In this document: positions 48,447-59,270 of the stretch, in pieces
How positions within the stretch are numbered: the first letter of the stretch is position 1
How the letters are laid out: each line of letters opens with the position of its first letter
Assembly (NCBI GenBank): GCA_963824995.1
Contig: CAWGRK010000003.1
Location: 62,001-125,606, forward strand
Length of the DNA: 63,606 bases
Direction of reading: 5' to 3'
Source of the DNA: an uncultured Actinomycetes bacterium
GTDB lineage: Bacteria; Actinomycetota; Acidimicrobiia; Spongiisociales; DATADW01
Position numbers and translations under genes: made by a program
Notes under the pieces: generated by a model
Told to the model about the DNA's origin: nothing
Seen by the model: the letters and a program-made list of their open reading frames with translations, nothing else
Database searches by the model: none

Positions 48447-48829
48447 CGCTCCGCCCTTATCGCCGCCCGAGAGCGAAGCTCCACCGGGTAGCCACCCAGC
48501 ACCGGCCGTAAGAGTTGGTATGTCGAGGAGACCACCACCTCGGCGGTGGACCCGACCTCGGCGGGCCGGCGCACGGCGACCCTGGTCCGGGCGGCGAGTG
48601 GGGGCGAGAGGGCCGCTCTCGCCGCCGATGCTGCCTGGCTGGGGTCGGGCATGGTCGCCGCCACCCGGGCGCCCTCGCGTGCCGCTCCCGTCAGCTCTAT
48701 CTGGGTTCTGACCAGAGACACCACCTGGATGGAGCCGATGAGGACGAGCATCACCACTGGGAGTACCAGAGCGAACTCGACCGTTGCCGAGCCCACGTCA
48801 CGACCCCGGTGCTGATGCCGGCCCGTCAT
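48443..48829 (-). CDS. TadE-like pseudopilin
   Basis: GSATVEFALVLP and AAREGAR motifs. Confidence 0.85.
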   Translation of the reverse strand: MTGRHQHRGRDVGSATVEFALVLPVVMLVLIGSIQVVSLVRTQIELTGAAREGARVAATMPDPSQAASAARAALSPPLAARTRVAVRRPAEVGSTAEVVVSSTYQLLRPVLGGYPVELRSRAAIRAER

Positions 48830-49023
48830 CCCACGTAACCGATGACCTGACGGGCGACGGCATTGAACAACTGGCGGAAGGCACCGGTGCCCCCGACCCA
48901 CGTGATCAACGCCAGCGCAATACCAGCGGCGGCGATGATTACGAGTACGTACTCGACTGTGCTCGCACCCCGCTCGTCGCCGAACAGTCGCAAGAGCCAG
49001 CGCCTTATGCGGTCCATCTCCAT
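48826..49023 (-). CDS. Flp-type pilin (DUF4244-like)
   Basis: DERGASTVEY prepilin motif followed by a hydrophobic helix; AGGAAGGAG RBS. Confidence 0.85.
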   Translation of the reverse strand: MEMDRIRRWLLRLFGDERGASTVEYVLVIIAAAGIALALITWVGGTGAFRQLFNAVARQVIGYVG

Positions 49024-49085
49024 CTCCTTCCTCCCGGCACCAGCCGGGAGCCGGCAGCCGGCCGGCGACGGGGGAAGTGCGATCT

Positions 49086-49726
49086 TCAGGGGCCGGGTAG
49101 CACCGGGCCGAGGAGCCCGTTGATCGCACCGATCACCGCCGGCCCAGCGGCGATGAGCACGAATCCGGGGAGGATCAACAGGGCGAGCGGCACGACGAGC
49201 CAAACCGAGAGTGTCCGTGCCTCTTGGACAGCTCTGGCCCGCGCCATCGCCCTCGCTGATCGACGTGGGCGGTCAGCGCCGGGATGAGTGCCGGCCCGGT
49301 GATCTGCGCCCGGGCCAGCGTCGCAGCCAAAGGCGCAGGTCGCCCTCGACGTCGGCGAGAGCTGCAGCCAGCCCGTCTCGGCGCGCTTCACGGAGGATCT
49401 GTTCGACGGCGGCGCCGACGTCCCCGCCCACTTCGACCCGGCCCGCCGCAGCGCCGCCGTGGCGGGCAGCCCCGCGGTGAGACCGACCAACATGGTGGAT
49501 GCCAGGCGATCCGGATCGGTGCGACGCTGGCGCCTCATTCGTGCCGCAGCGATCCGTCGGCGCCAGATTCCAATTCCCCACACGGCCAGCGGCGACTGCG
49601 GTGCCGGCAATCGGGTCGATGAGAGCGATCGCCACCACGCTCGCCCACAGTTGCCAAGCCCCAACAACAGGGCGTATCGACAGGGCCGGCCATACCCCCG
49701 ACGATCAGAGCCGTAGCGGGCCTCAT
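49086..49726 (-). CDS. TadC-like type II secretion F protein, frameshifted
   Basis: C-terminal LVVPLALLILPGFVLI and LTAGLP segments split across frames. Confidence 0.6.
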
Positions 49727-50420
49727 CGCGGGCCCTTCCGATACAGCCCGACCACCCATGCCGATCCGGTCGCCAGCAGGCCGACGCCGAGCGCAACCAT
49801 CACCATCCCCACCACGCCGCCCGCCAGCAGGTCCCCCAGGCGCCCGGTGAACGCGGTCACTCCGAGCACCGCAACGGGAATTCCGGCCACGATCGCCGCC
49901 GAGAGGCGCGCCTGGCGGCTGCCGCCGTCCTCTCCTCGGCGAGCTCTAGCTTCCTCACGGGCCATCGCCGCCAGTGAGTCGAACACGGCAGCGGTCCGGT
50001 CCACCTGTCGATGACGCAATCCGCACCGCCTCCGCCGCCGCTCCGCCGTGCGAGGGGAGGGCGCGCGCGGTTCGCCTTTGCCACTTCTTCGATCGGCCGA
50101 CCCACGCTGGCCAGCCGGCAGGTTGCATGCAGTTCGAGGTCGGGTGTGCGGGCCGCAGCCGCCTCGAGGGACGCCCGCAGACCGTGGCCGGGGCGTCGCT
50201 CTGCGGCCAAGGCGGCAAGGTAGAGGAAGCTTCTGGATCTCTGCCGAGCCGTCGGCGCCCACCGGCCAGCCGAGACCATGTTGCCCACGCGGCGATGACA
50301 ACCAGTGCCGGCAGGGGTGCTGCCAGCGCCAGCACCGCCAACAGGACGCCGCCCAGCGGTGCCGGCGAGAGCAGCAGCGCCACTGCTGCCACGACGATCA
50401 ACATCTCCACCGCTCTGCAC
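49723..50420 (-). CDS. TadB-like type II secretion F protein, frameshifted
   Basis: QARLSAAIVAGIP plus TM segments split across frames. Confidence 0.6.
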
Positions 50421-50950
50421 AACCGTCTGGCCCGACCTCGGCGATCGATTGGATACCTCGGGAGCCGCGGCGCCGGGCTACCTGAACCACGAGATCGATC
50501 CCACCGAGTAGCTGCCTGCGGATGGCTTGCTCACCCGCTCGCCTGCCACCCGAGAGCGCCAGTGTCTCGAGGCGCCACAGCGCCTCCTCGGGCGAGTTGG
50601 CGTGGACGGTTGACATGGACCCGTCATGACCGGTGTTGAGGGCGGACACCAGATCCAGTGCTTCGGCCCCTCGCACCTCGCCGACGATGATCCGATCGGG
50701 TCGGAGCCGGAGGGCGGTCCGCACCAGATCCTGCATGGTCACCGCTCCCGCACCCTCGGCGTTGGCCGGTCGCGCCTCCAGTCGGACGACGTGACCGGCA
50801 AGCCGCAACTCGGCGGTGTCCTCCACCGCCACCACCCCGCTCGCCGGCGGGGATCTCGGTGGAGAGGACGTTGAGAAGGGTCGTCTTCCCACTGCCGGTG
50901 CCACCGCTCACCACCAGGTTGCGACGGTCGGCCACCGCCTCGGCGTCGCG
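50398..50950 (-). CDS. TadA/CpaF pilus ATPase, 5'-truncated and frameshifted
   Basis: [39 protein letters not shown]-terminal half absent. Confidence 0.85.
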
Positions 50951-51111
50951 GTGCGTACTGATCAGCCGACACGCGCTCAGTTCGCCCACTCGTTGTTCGA
51001 ATTGGGTGCCGTCAGGCAATCGTGAACTGCGCAGCGGCGCCCCGGTAGCCGCACGTTAGTGTGCTTGGGTCGGCCTCAGTGAACAAGCCGATAGAAAAGT
51101 TGAGCACATTC

Positions 51112-52138
51112 ATGACTGCAGCAACAGAAGCCTCGGCGCTCGAATCGCGGGTCGGCCACTACTACCAGATGGACGGCACCTATCTGGTCGGCCGCGAAAA
51201 AGTACGCGAGTACGCCCGTGCAGTGCAGGATTACCACCCCGCGCACTGGGATGTCGCCGCCGCGGCGGAGCTGGGATATCCGGGCCTGGTGGCACCGCTG
51301 ACGTTCACCTCGACCCCCGGCATGGCCTGCAATCGCCGCATGTTCGAACAGGTAGTCGTCGGTTACGACACCTATATGCAGACCGAGGAAGTCTTCGAGC
51401 AGCACCGCCCGATCGTCGATGGCGACGAACTGCACGTCGATGTCGAACTGACCTCGGTGCGCCGGATCGCCGGCCGCGACCTGATCACCGTGACCAACAC
51501 CTTCACCGACGCGGCAGGCGAACGGGTGCACACCCTGCACACCACCGTCGTCGGCGTTACCGCCGAGGACCTGAATCCGGAGATCAAGACCGCCGTGCAC
51601 GGCAAGATGATGCACGACGTCGACATCTTCGGAATCGGCGAAGAGGAGTACCACAAGACGGTGCGCCCGGAGGGTGAGGTCCGGATCGCCGAGGACGGCA
51701 CCACCCGCACGCCGGGAACGCCGTCCTTCGAAGACGTGAAGGTCGGCGACGAGCTGCCGGTGCACCACACCCGACTGTCGCGCGGCGATCTGGTGAACTA
51801 CGCCGGTGTGGCCGGCGACGCGAACCCCATTCACTGGGACGAGGACATCGCCAAGACTGGCCGGGCTGCCCGATGTGATCGCCCACGGGATGCTCACCAT
51901 GGGTCTGGGTGCCGGTTTCGCCTCCGCGTGGACGGGCGATCCCGGCGCGGTGACCCGCTACGCGGTGCGGCTGTCCGCGCCGGCGATCGTGCCGGCCAAC
52001 GAGGGCGCAGACATCGAATTCAGCGGTCGGATCAAGTCATTGGACCCGGAGACCCGTAGCGGCGTCGTCGTGGTCGCCGCGAAGTCGGCGGGCAAGAAGA
52101 TCTTCGGCCTGGCGACGCTGAACGTCCGCTTCCGCTGA
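51112..52138 (+). CDS. Fused (3R)-hydroxyacyl-ACP dehydratase HadA/HadB-like (double hotdog), frameshift near 51856
   Basis: VGREKVREYARAV and APLTF (HadA-like); LVNYAGVAGDANPIHWD then AGLPDVIAHGMLTMG (HadB-like) in the next frame. Confidence 0.85.
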
Positions 52139-52182
52139 CCCGAGACGTGTTCCCCGGCGCGGGACGTTACTCCGACGGTCGC

Positions 52183-55100
52183 TCAGCCGTGCCGGGCTGC
52201 TTCCTGCGCGAGTTGCACGCGGGAGGAGAGTCCGAGTTTGGAGTAGACGTGGGTGAGGTGGGTTTGCACGGTGCGCGGTGAGACGAATAGCCGTGTGGCG
52301 ATGTCGTTGTTGGCGAGCCCTTCGCTGACCAGTCGGACGACGTCGCGCTCGGTGGGGGTGAGCGAGGCCCAGCCGCTGGTGGGGCGTTTGCGTTTCGCCG
52401 CGACGGCGCTGTGCGTAGGCGATCGCTTCGTCGGTGGACAGCGCGGCGCCCTCGGCCCACGCGGATTCAAAGTCCTTCTCGCCCAGCGCATCACGAAGCG
52501 CCGCCGATCGGGAATTCAAAGAATGGCGTCGAAGATCTTGAACCGGACGAGGCCACCGCGCTGCCGAATGGATGTCTGCGGCGCCGAACAGCCGCGCCGC
52601 TTCAGGGTGACTGCCGGCGCCGACGGCGAGTGCGGCGAGGCACTCGAGAGTGTCCGGAGTGGCGCCGTATGCCCCGGTGCTGGCGGCGGTCGCGAGTGCG
52701 TCGTGCGCGTCGCGGTCGGCCTGTTCGGGCTCACCCTGCGCGATCCGCGACGCCGGCGCGCGTCGTCAGCGCCAGCGACAGGTGAAAGCCGCTCGTTGCC
52801 GCGACCGCGTCGTCGGCGAGTCGCCGGGCCGCGGTCAGATCCCCGCGCGCCAGCGCGGCCTGGGCCGCGTAGGCAATCCAGATCGCCGCCTGCTTGGGTT
52901 GGAGACTGAGATGGGGCAAGCCCGCCGCGATCGCATCGTCGGCCGCGGCGACGTCGCCCGCGGCGAGGGTCGCAACAGTCAACCCGGCGTAGGCGAGGCC
53001 TGGGAAGAACCCACCGAGCTCCGTCGCGACCTCGACGGCCGCGTTGGCTGTCTCCCGCGCGGCACCCGGGTCCCCGTGGTACGCCAGCATGAAGGCCTGC
53101 ATGAATAGGGCGCAGCACTGCCAGATCGGTCGTGCGCCGCGTCGGTCCTCGGCAATCACCTCACGCAACTGCGCGACGGCTCCAACCAAATCACCCGTCA
53201 TCCCCTGTGCCACCCCGAGACTCCAGCGGCACCCATGCGAGGCAGAACCGGTCACCGATGGCGTCGGCGAGGTCGCGTCCTTCTTCGGCGGCCGCGCGTA
53301 TCGCGATCGGATCACCCACCATGACCGATCCGAACGCCTGCCACGACAGAATATTGGCTCGAGCCTCCATCCGTCGCCTATCGAGCGGGCCAGGCCGATC
53401 GCTTCGGCGAAGTATGGCCGGGCCACCTCGGGGTCGTAGACCGCAATGCCACCGCAGGCGGTCAGCGCCCGGAGCAACAGGGCGGGGTCGTCGACTTCCC
53501 GCGCGATCGCCAGGGCTTCGAGGGCTTGCTCCATGCTGTCGGTGGCACCCACAATACGCGTTGAGCGTGGCCGTTGTCGGCGAGCACCGCGCGCGCACCG
53601 CCGGCGCCACTTCGCCGGCTGTCCATCTTGGTCGGTGAGGGCGGCGTCGAACCAGGTCAGCCCCTCCCGGATCCGGCCCCGTGCGAGCCACAGTCGGCTG
53701 CAGCGACGACGCCAGCTGCGACGCGAGCGCGATCTCGGAGTTCTCGCGGCTCCACGCGAACGCGGCCCGCAGGTTGTCGATCTCGGTGTCGGCCTGCTCG
53801 AGACGCTGCTCATGACCGGTGAGGTGCCGGGGTGTCGAGCAGGGCCGCCATCGCCGTGTAGTGATCGCGGTGACGGGCACGCACGGCGTCGGCCTGGCCG
53901 GACTCGCCGAGCTTCTCCAGCGCGTACTGGCGCACCGTCTCCAGCAGCCGGTATCGCGTTGCGGCCACTTGCGCTTTCGGCCACGACCAGGGACTTGTCG
54001 ACCAGCAGCGTGAGCAGGTCGAGGACCTGGAAGCGCTCCACGTCGCCGCCGCCGGCGACCGCCTCGGCGGCGTCGAGGTCGAACCCGCCCATGAACACCG
54101 CCAGCCGGGCGAACAAGATGCGCTCGGGCTCGGTCAGCAGCGCGTGCGACCAATCCACCGAGGCCCGCAACGTCTGCTGGCGGCGCACCGCGGTGCGTGC
54201 ACCGCCGGTCAGCAGCCGGAAGCGGTCATGCAGGCTGTCGCGGATCTCGGTCAGCGACATGACGCGCACCCGCGCCGCCGCCAGCTCGATCGCCAGCGGC
54301 ACGCCGTCGAGGCGACGGCAGATCTCCGCCGCGATGGCGGCGTTGTCGTCGGTGAGGCGGAAATCGGGGCGGACCCGTCGCGCGCGGTCGGTGAACAACT
54401 CGATCGCCTCGTCGGCCAGCGACAGCGACGGCACCCGCCAACTCACCTCGCCGGCCACCCCGATCGGCTCACGACTCGTCGCCACAACCGTCACCGCAGG
54501 GCAGCCGCCCTGCAGGGCGACGACCAGCGCCGCGCACGCGTCCAGCAGATGCTCACAGTTGTCCAGCACCAGCAGCATCCGACGGTCGCCGACAAACCGC
54601 AGCAGCGTGTCCATCGTGGAGCGGCCCGGCTGGTCGGGCAGGCCCAGCGCGCGGATCACCGCGACCGGCACCAGATCGGGATCGGTGATCGGCGCCAGAT
54701 CGACGTACCACACCCCGCCGCCGAATCCACCCGCGATCGTCGGCCGCCACCTGCACCGCCAGGCGCGTCTTACCGACACCGCCCGCCCCGGTGAGCGTCA
54801 CGAGCCGGTTGTCGGCCAGGATCTGCCGCACGTCGTTCATTTCGGCTTCGCGGCCAACGAAACTCGTGAACTGCACCGGAAGATGCTGGGCGACAACGGT
54901 TTCGCGCGTGCGCAGCGGCGGGAACTCGTTACGAAGGTCGGGATGGCACAGCTGCACCACCCGTTCCGGGCGCGGGAGATCCCGCAGCTGATGCGAACCG
55001 AGGTCGGTCAGCCAGGCGTCGGCCGGCAGCCGGTCGAGAACCAGATCTTCGGTGGTGCCCGACAGCACGGTCTGCCCGCCGTGGGCCAGATCGCGCAGCC

Positions 55101-55510
55101 GTGCGGTCCGGTTGACGGTCGGTGCCGATGTAGTTGCCCTCGTCACGCAGCTGCACCTCCCCGGTATGCACGCCGATGCGCAGCCGGATCGGGGCCAGCG
55201 GTGCCCGCTGCAACTCCAGCGCACACGCCACCGCGTCGCTGGCACGCGCGAACGCGACCACGAAGCTATCGCCTTCGCCCTGTTCGACCGGCCGCACACC
55301 GTGATGGGCGGCGATGACGTCGCACACCGTTCGATCGAGCCGCGCGATGGCGGCCGTCATCTCCTCCGGTTGGGTCTGCCACAGCCGCGTCGAGCCCTCG
55401 ACGTCGGCCAGCAGCAACGTCACCGTTCCGGTCGGAAGCTCGCTCACACCCAGGTCGCTCCAGTTCAAAGGCGTGTCCGCCTGGCTCGGTTCGCTCATGC
55501 TAGCCAGCAT
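52183..55510 (-). CDS. Cyclase - NB-ARC - LuxR regulator (Rv0386/Rv2488c-like), multiple frameshifts
   Basis: [38 protein letters not shown] and [10 protein letters not shown]...SPRTVQTHL, spread over several frames. Confidence 0.85.
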
Positions 55511-55670
55511 GCGGCGACCACGTGCCGCAGAACATCAGCGGAACCGCGTAGATTTGCCGCCCCGCCGTGCGGATCTACGACATCGTCACCGCGCGGATTT
55601 ACGCGCCCGGACCGATGATCTCGCGCCGCCGACATCGGATCGTCGACTCATACCAACCCGAGGAGACCGC

Positions 55671-56528
55671 ATGACGATCCAGACCACCGACCACCGCGTA
55701 CGTGGCACTCGACCGGGAAGCCGCCCAGGCGGCGATCAGCGCGGCGGCTCGGCGGTTCACCGCGCTGCTGCGGGAGACCGATGACATCGGGCGCCAGGCG
55801 GCGGGCACCGACTGGACGGTCGCCGAGACCGCGGCCCATGTGTCCGTCGTGTTCACCGGGTTCAGCGCGGCGATCGCCGGGGAGGCGCAGGTGCTGACCC
55901 CGGAGCAGTACCTGGATGCGGACTTCCCGACCCGGCTGGCGGCCTCCAACGCCGCCACCATCGCCATGGTCGACCACACCGACGCGGGACGTCTCGCGGA
56001 GCTGATCACCGTTGGGGCACAACGGTTCCTGGAACTCGTCGCGGCGGCCGATCCGCGGATGGAATGCGAGACGCCGTGGTACGGCCCGGGCCGGACCCGC
56101 ACCGTGGACTGCCTCACCGCCCTGGCGCTTGGGGAGCTGACCGTGCACGGGTACGACATCGCGACCGGGACGGGCCGGTCGTGGCCGATCTCCGCCGAGC
56201 ACGCGAAGCTCATCGTGGGCACGGTGTGCCCGGAGATGTCGCCGCTGGTGGTGCGGCCCGAGGCGGCCGCGGCGCGCCGGTGACATACGAGGTCCGGCTG
56301 CGCGGCAACGGCCCGCGCTACGTCATCCGGGTCGCGGACGGCACGGCGGAGGTGCGGGCGGCCGGCGGGCCGGTGGATTGTGTGATCTCCGCGGACCCGG
56401 TGACGTACCTGCTGGTCATCTACGGGCGGATGCCGCTCGGCCGGGCGCTGCTGCGCGGCGGGATGCTGGCGTCGGGCCGCCGTCCGTGGCTCGGGCTGCG
56501 CTTCAAGAGCCTGTTCTTCAATCCGTGA
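55671..56528 (+). CDS. Mycothiol-dependent maleylpyruvate isomerase-like protein with SCP2-like C-terminus, frameshifted
   Basis: WTVAETAAH and ELTVHGYDIA; C-terminal DCVISADPVTYLL in another frame. Frameshifts near 55700 and 56275. Confidence 0.75.
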
Positions 56529-56539
56529 CGCCGGCCGCG

Positions 56540-56971
56540 TCACACCCAGATCGCGGCCGCTTCCACCGGGTTCACCCGCATCCCGTGACGGCTGAGGTCA
56601 TTCCAGATCAGGGTCCGCAGTTCCTCGGTCTTGACCGTCCAACCGTTGACTTGGTATGTCTGGCCCGCACCCACTACGACATCGCCGGCCTCGGAACCCG
56701 GCACGGTCCCCTTCACGAAGTACATTTCGCCGGACCCTTCCACCACAGCGACATTGAGCGGCGCGGGCGACATTCCGAACGGACCCCCGTCCGCCCGTCC
56801 GCAGACCGCTGCGGGCCACCCGCGGCCTTCGAAGTCGGCGCTGAGCAGGCAGCGAATCTGGCCGTTCTGGAGTCGGATGGTCTGGTCACCGTCGGCGGCG
56901 GCCGCCGGCGGAGCGAACAGACATGCGCCGACGACGAGTGCGGCCGAAGCTGCGTTCAATACACGATTCAC
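56540..56971 (-). CDS. Secreted hypothetical protein
   Basis: Signal peptide ending AAAA-D, Cys pair, GGAGA RBS. Confidence 0.7.
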   Translation of the reverse strand: MNRVLNAASAALVVGACLFAPPAAAADGDQTIRLQNGQIRCLLSADFEGRGWPAAVCGRADGGPFGMSPAPLNVAVVEGSGEMYFVKGTVPGSEAGDVVVGAGQTYQVNGWTVKTEELRTLIWNDLSRHGMRVNPVEAAAIWV

Positions 56972-57146
56972 GCTGTCTCCACCCGGAGTGAGAGCATTAC
57001 AGATCAGTGATGCTCTCACGAATGCGAGTGGCGCACGGGAATATCGGCGGTCAGCTTGCTGCGACGTCCATGCAACTTCGGCACCCAAGTGGTAGCCGAG
57101 GCGCATTTGGTCCAGTAGTCACCGGCAACTGGGCGAGACCCAATTC

Positions 57147-57587
57147 TCACGCCGTGATTCGCATCTCGATGCCCGGGTGCGAACTGAGCGTGACAGTTAC
57201 CGTGCCGCTACCCGTGTGGAACGTTGTGTTGGCGTAGCCGATGAAACCGTAGTGCCCGTCGATCGTCGATACCGCGGTGATGTCGCCGCTTCCGGAGGCT
57301 CCGGTGTCGAGATTCTTCCAGGCGGCGGTCACGGTAAGTGCACAGGACCCGTCGTAGATGCCTGCGTCGTAGCGGATGGCGACGCGGACACCGCCCTCGA
57401 CAACACGGTCATCGATCTGCACCGGAGTCACCTGGGCTTCGGCGCTGACGCTACCGCCACAAGTCGGGGAGGCCACCACCGGAACTGCTCCGAGTTGCGC
57501 GTAGTCCTCGGCGTGCGCCGTCGCCATCCACAGCCAGGGTGCAGTCAGCGCAGCGGCGAGCGCGCCTGCAGCGCGGATCGGAGTCAT
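57147..57587 (-). CDS. Secreted hypothetical protein
   Basis: Signal peptide ending AHA-E, Cys pair. Confidence 0.7.
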   Translation of the reverse strand: MTPIRAAGALAAALTAPWLWMATAHAEDYAQLGAVPVVASPTCGGSVSAEAQVTPVQIDDRVVEGGVRVAIRYDAGIYDGSCALTVTAAWKNLDTGASGSGDITAVSTIDGHYGFIGYANTTFHTGSGTVTVTLSSHPGIEMRITA

Positions 57588-57785
57588 GCCATTGTTATCG
57601 TCGGCCGCCGTGGCTGTGTTAGCGCCGCAACGGGCGGTCGCGCGGCTTTACCGAACGCGGCTCCAGTTCAATGCCAGACCGACAGATACCGTCGCTCATC
57701 CCTGCATCCAGCCGCCGTACGCGGTCCCGACGAACCTTCTCCCGATCTTCATTACCTATCGGGCGGCCGGGGCTGCCCACCGCGA

Positions 57786-58433
57786 TCAGGTAAGCCGGGA
57801 CTGCAGCAGGGGCAACCCAGGGCCGGCGAGTCGGTCGAACGCTACAGTGCGTCCGCAGATCGCCAGCATCACCGCCACGCCTGAACCACTGATCGTTTGG
57901 CCGTCACCCCACGTTCGCCCGGTGTCCTCGTCGTGGAGCGCGATGCCGCGCAGGCGTCGGTGTGGGAAGAAGCCGAGTTGCGTTGGACTGGTGAGGAAAT
58001 CGAGTACCCGGGCGACGAGGTCAGGATCGGTCCGGTGCGGAAATCCCAACGGTATGCGCATATCTGCACCGTGGACCAACACGTCGGTGAGGCCCGATAG
58101 CGGGCCGGTCACCGGCGGACTGAGCCTATGATCAGCTCGACGACGTAAAGTCTCGGCGATCTCGCCGGCTGATGCTTGCGCGCGGCGACGGGCCAGCGCG
58201 TCGATTCCCCGATCGATGCTGCCGTGACGGACACCGCTGGCCATGAACCCCCAGAATCCGTCGGCGAAATCGCTGACCAAATGCGCAGCGACGGTTTTGA
58301 CATCCCAACCGGCACATAAACTTTCCGTGGCCAACTGGTCGGGGCTGAGAGTGTCTATCAAGGTGGCGATCGACCGCCGCTCGTTCGCCACGGCCGCGAA
58401 TACCCGCTCACGTTCCGTTCGGCTCAGCCACAC
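57786..58433 (-). CDS. Maleylpyruvate isomerase family mycothiol-dependent enzyme (DinB fold)
   Basis: SLCAGWDVKTVAAHL, DVLVHGADMRIPLG. Confidence 0.85.
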   Translation of the reverse strand: MWLSRTERERVFAAVANERRSIATLIDTLSPDQLATESLCAGWDVKTVAAHLVSDFADGFWGFMASGVRHGSIDRGIDALARRRAQASAGEIAETLRRRADHRLSPPVTGPLSGLTDVLVHGADMRIPLGFPHRTDPDLVARVLDFLTSPTQLGFFPHRRLRGIALHDEDTGRTWGDGQTISGSGVAVMLAICGRTVAFDRLAGPGLPLLQSRLT

Positions 58434-58596
58434 AGCGACAGGGTAACGGGACCGATGTCGGTCCGACTGCGCAACCTTGGCCGTTCTCTCTCACCGAACC
58501 CCAGCGCAGACTTGCGCGGGGCGCGATCGGCCGTGGCGGATCCGCTTGCGCATCTGGTGAAACAGCTTCTTCCCACTCTCACTATATGGCGGAGGT

Positions 58597-58617
58597 GGGG
58601 GCTTGCGGCAAGCCCCC
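58597..58617. promoter_or_regulatory. Rifamycin-associated element (RAE)
   Basis: Perfect palindrome GGGGGCTTGC-G-GCAAGCCCCC ending 48 nt before the arr ATG; matches the RAE consensus. Confidence 0.9.
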
Positions 58618-58665
58618 GATCGTCGTGCAGAATCGGCCGGCCACTGCCACGGATGGAGGTTTTCG

Positions 58666-59103
58666 ATGACGGACACGACGGATACGCCGGAACATTTTGT
58701 CGTCCATGAGTCGCGGGCGTACCTGCACGGCACGAAGGCCGACCTCGCGGTGGGGGATGTGCTGGTGCCTGGCAGGCCGTCCAATTACGAACCCGGGCGC
58801 ATATCCAATCACGTCTACATGACCAAAGTGCTGGCCGGTGCGGTGCTGGCTGCCGAGCTGGCCCTCGGGCAGGGTCGTGGGCATGTGTACATCGTTGAGC
58901 CACAGGGCTCCGTCGAGGACGATCCGAACGTGACGGACAAGAAGTTTCCGGGGAATCCGACGCACTCGTACCGCAGCCGCGAACCGGTGAGGATCGTCGG
59001 GGAGATCACCGATTGGGCGGGGCATTCGCCCGAGTATCTCCAGGCTTTCCGCGAGGGGTTGGAAGACCTGAGGCGCAAAGGGTTAGCCGTTATTTATGAC
59101 TGA
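58666..59103 (+). CDS. arr: NAD+-rifampin ADP-ribosyltransferase
   Basis: YLHGTKADL, HVY, EDDPNVTDKKFPGNPT.SYR; GGAGG RBS. Confidence 0.93.
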   Translation: MTDTTDTPEHFVVHESRAYLHGTKADLAVGDVLVPGRPSNYEPGRISNHVYMTKVLAGAVLAAELALGQGRGHVYIVEPQGSVEDDPNVTDKKFPGNPTHSYRSREPVRIVGEITDWAGHSPEYLQAFREGLEDLRRKGLAVIYD

Positions 59104-59270
59104 CAGGCCCCGATTCTTCGACGGCACGTCCACGCAACTCACGTCCGATTGCAGACCGAGGCCTTCGGCCTCACCCCGATACCGTCTGGTTGAGACGATT
59201 AGGGTGGGGTAACCGGTGGGCGCAGCGTTGACCGGCTCGCCTGGTTCAGGATCTGTTGTGGAGGAGACTT

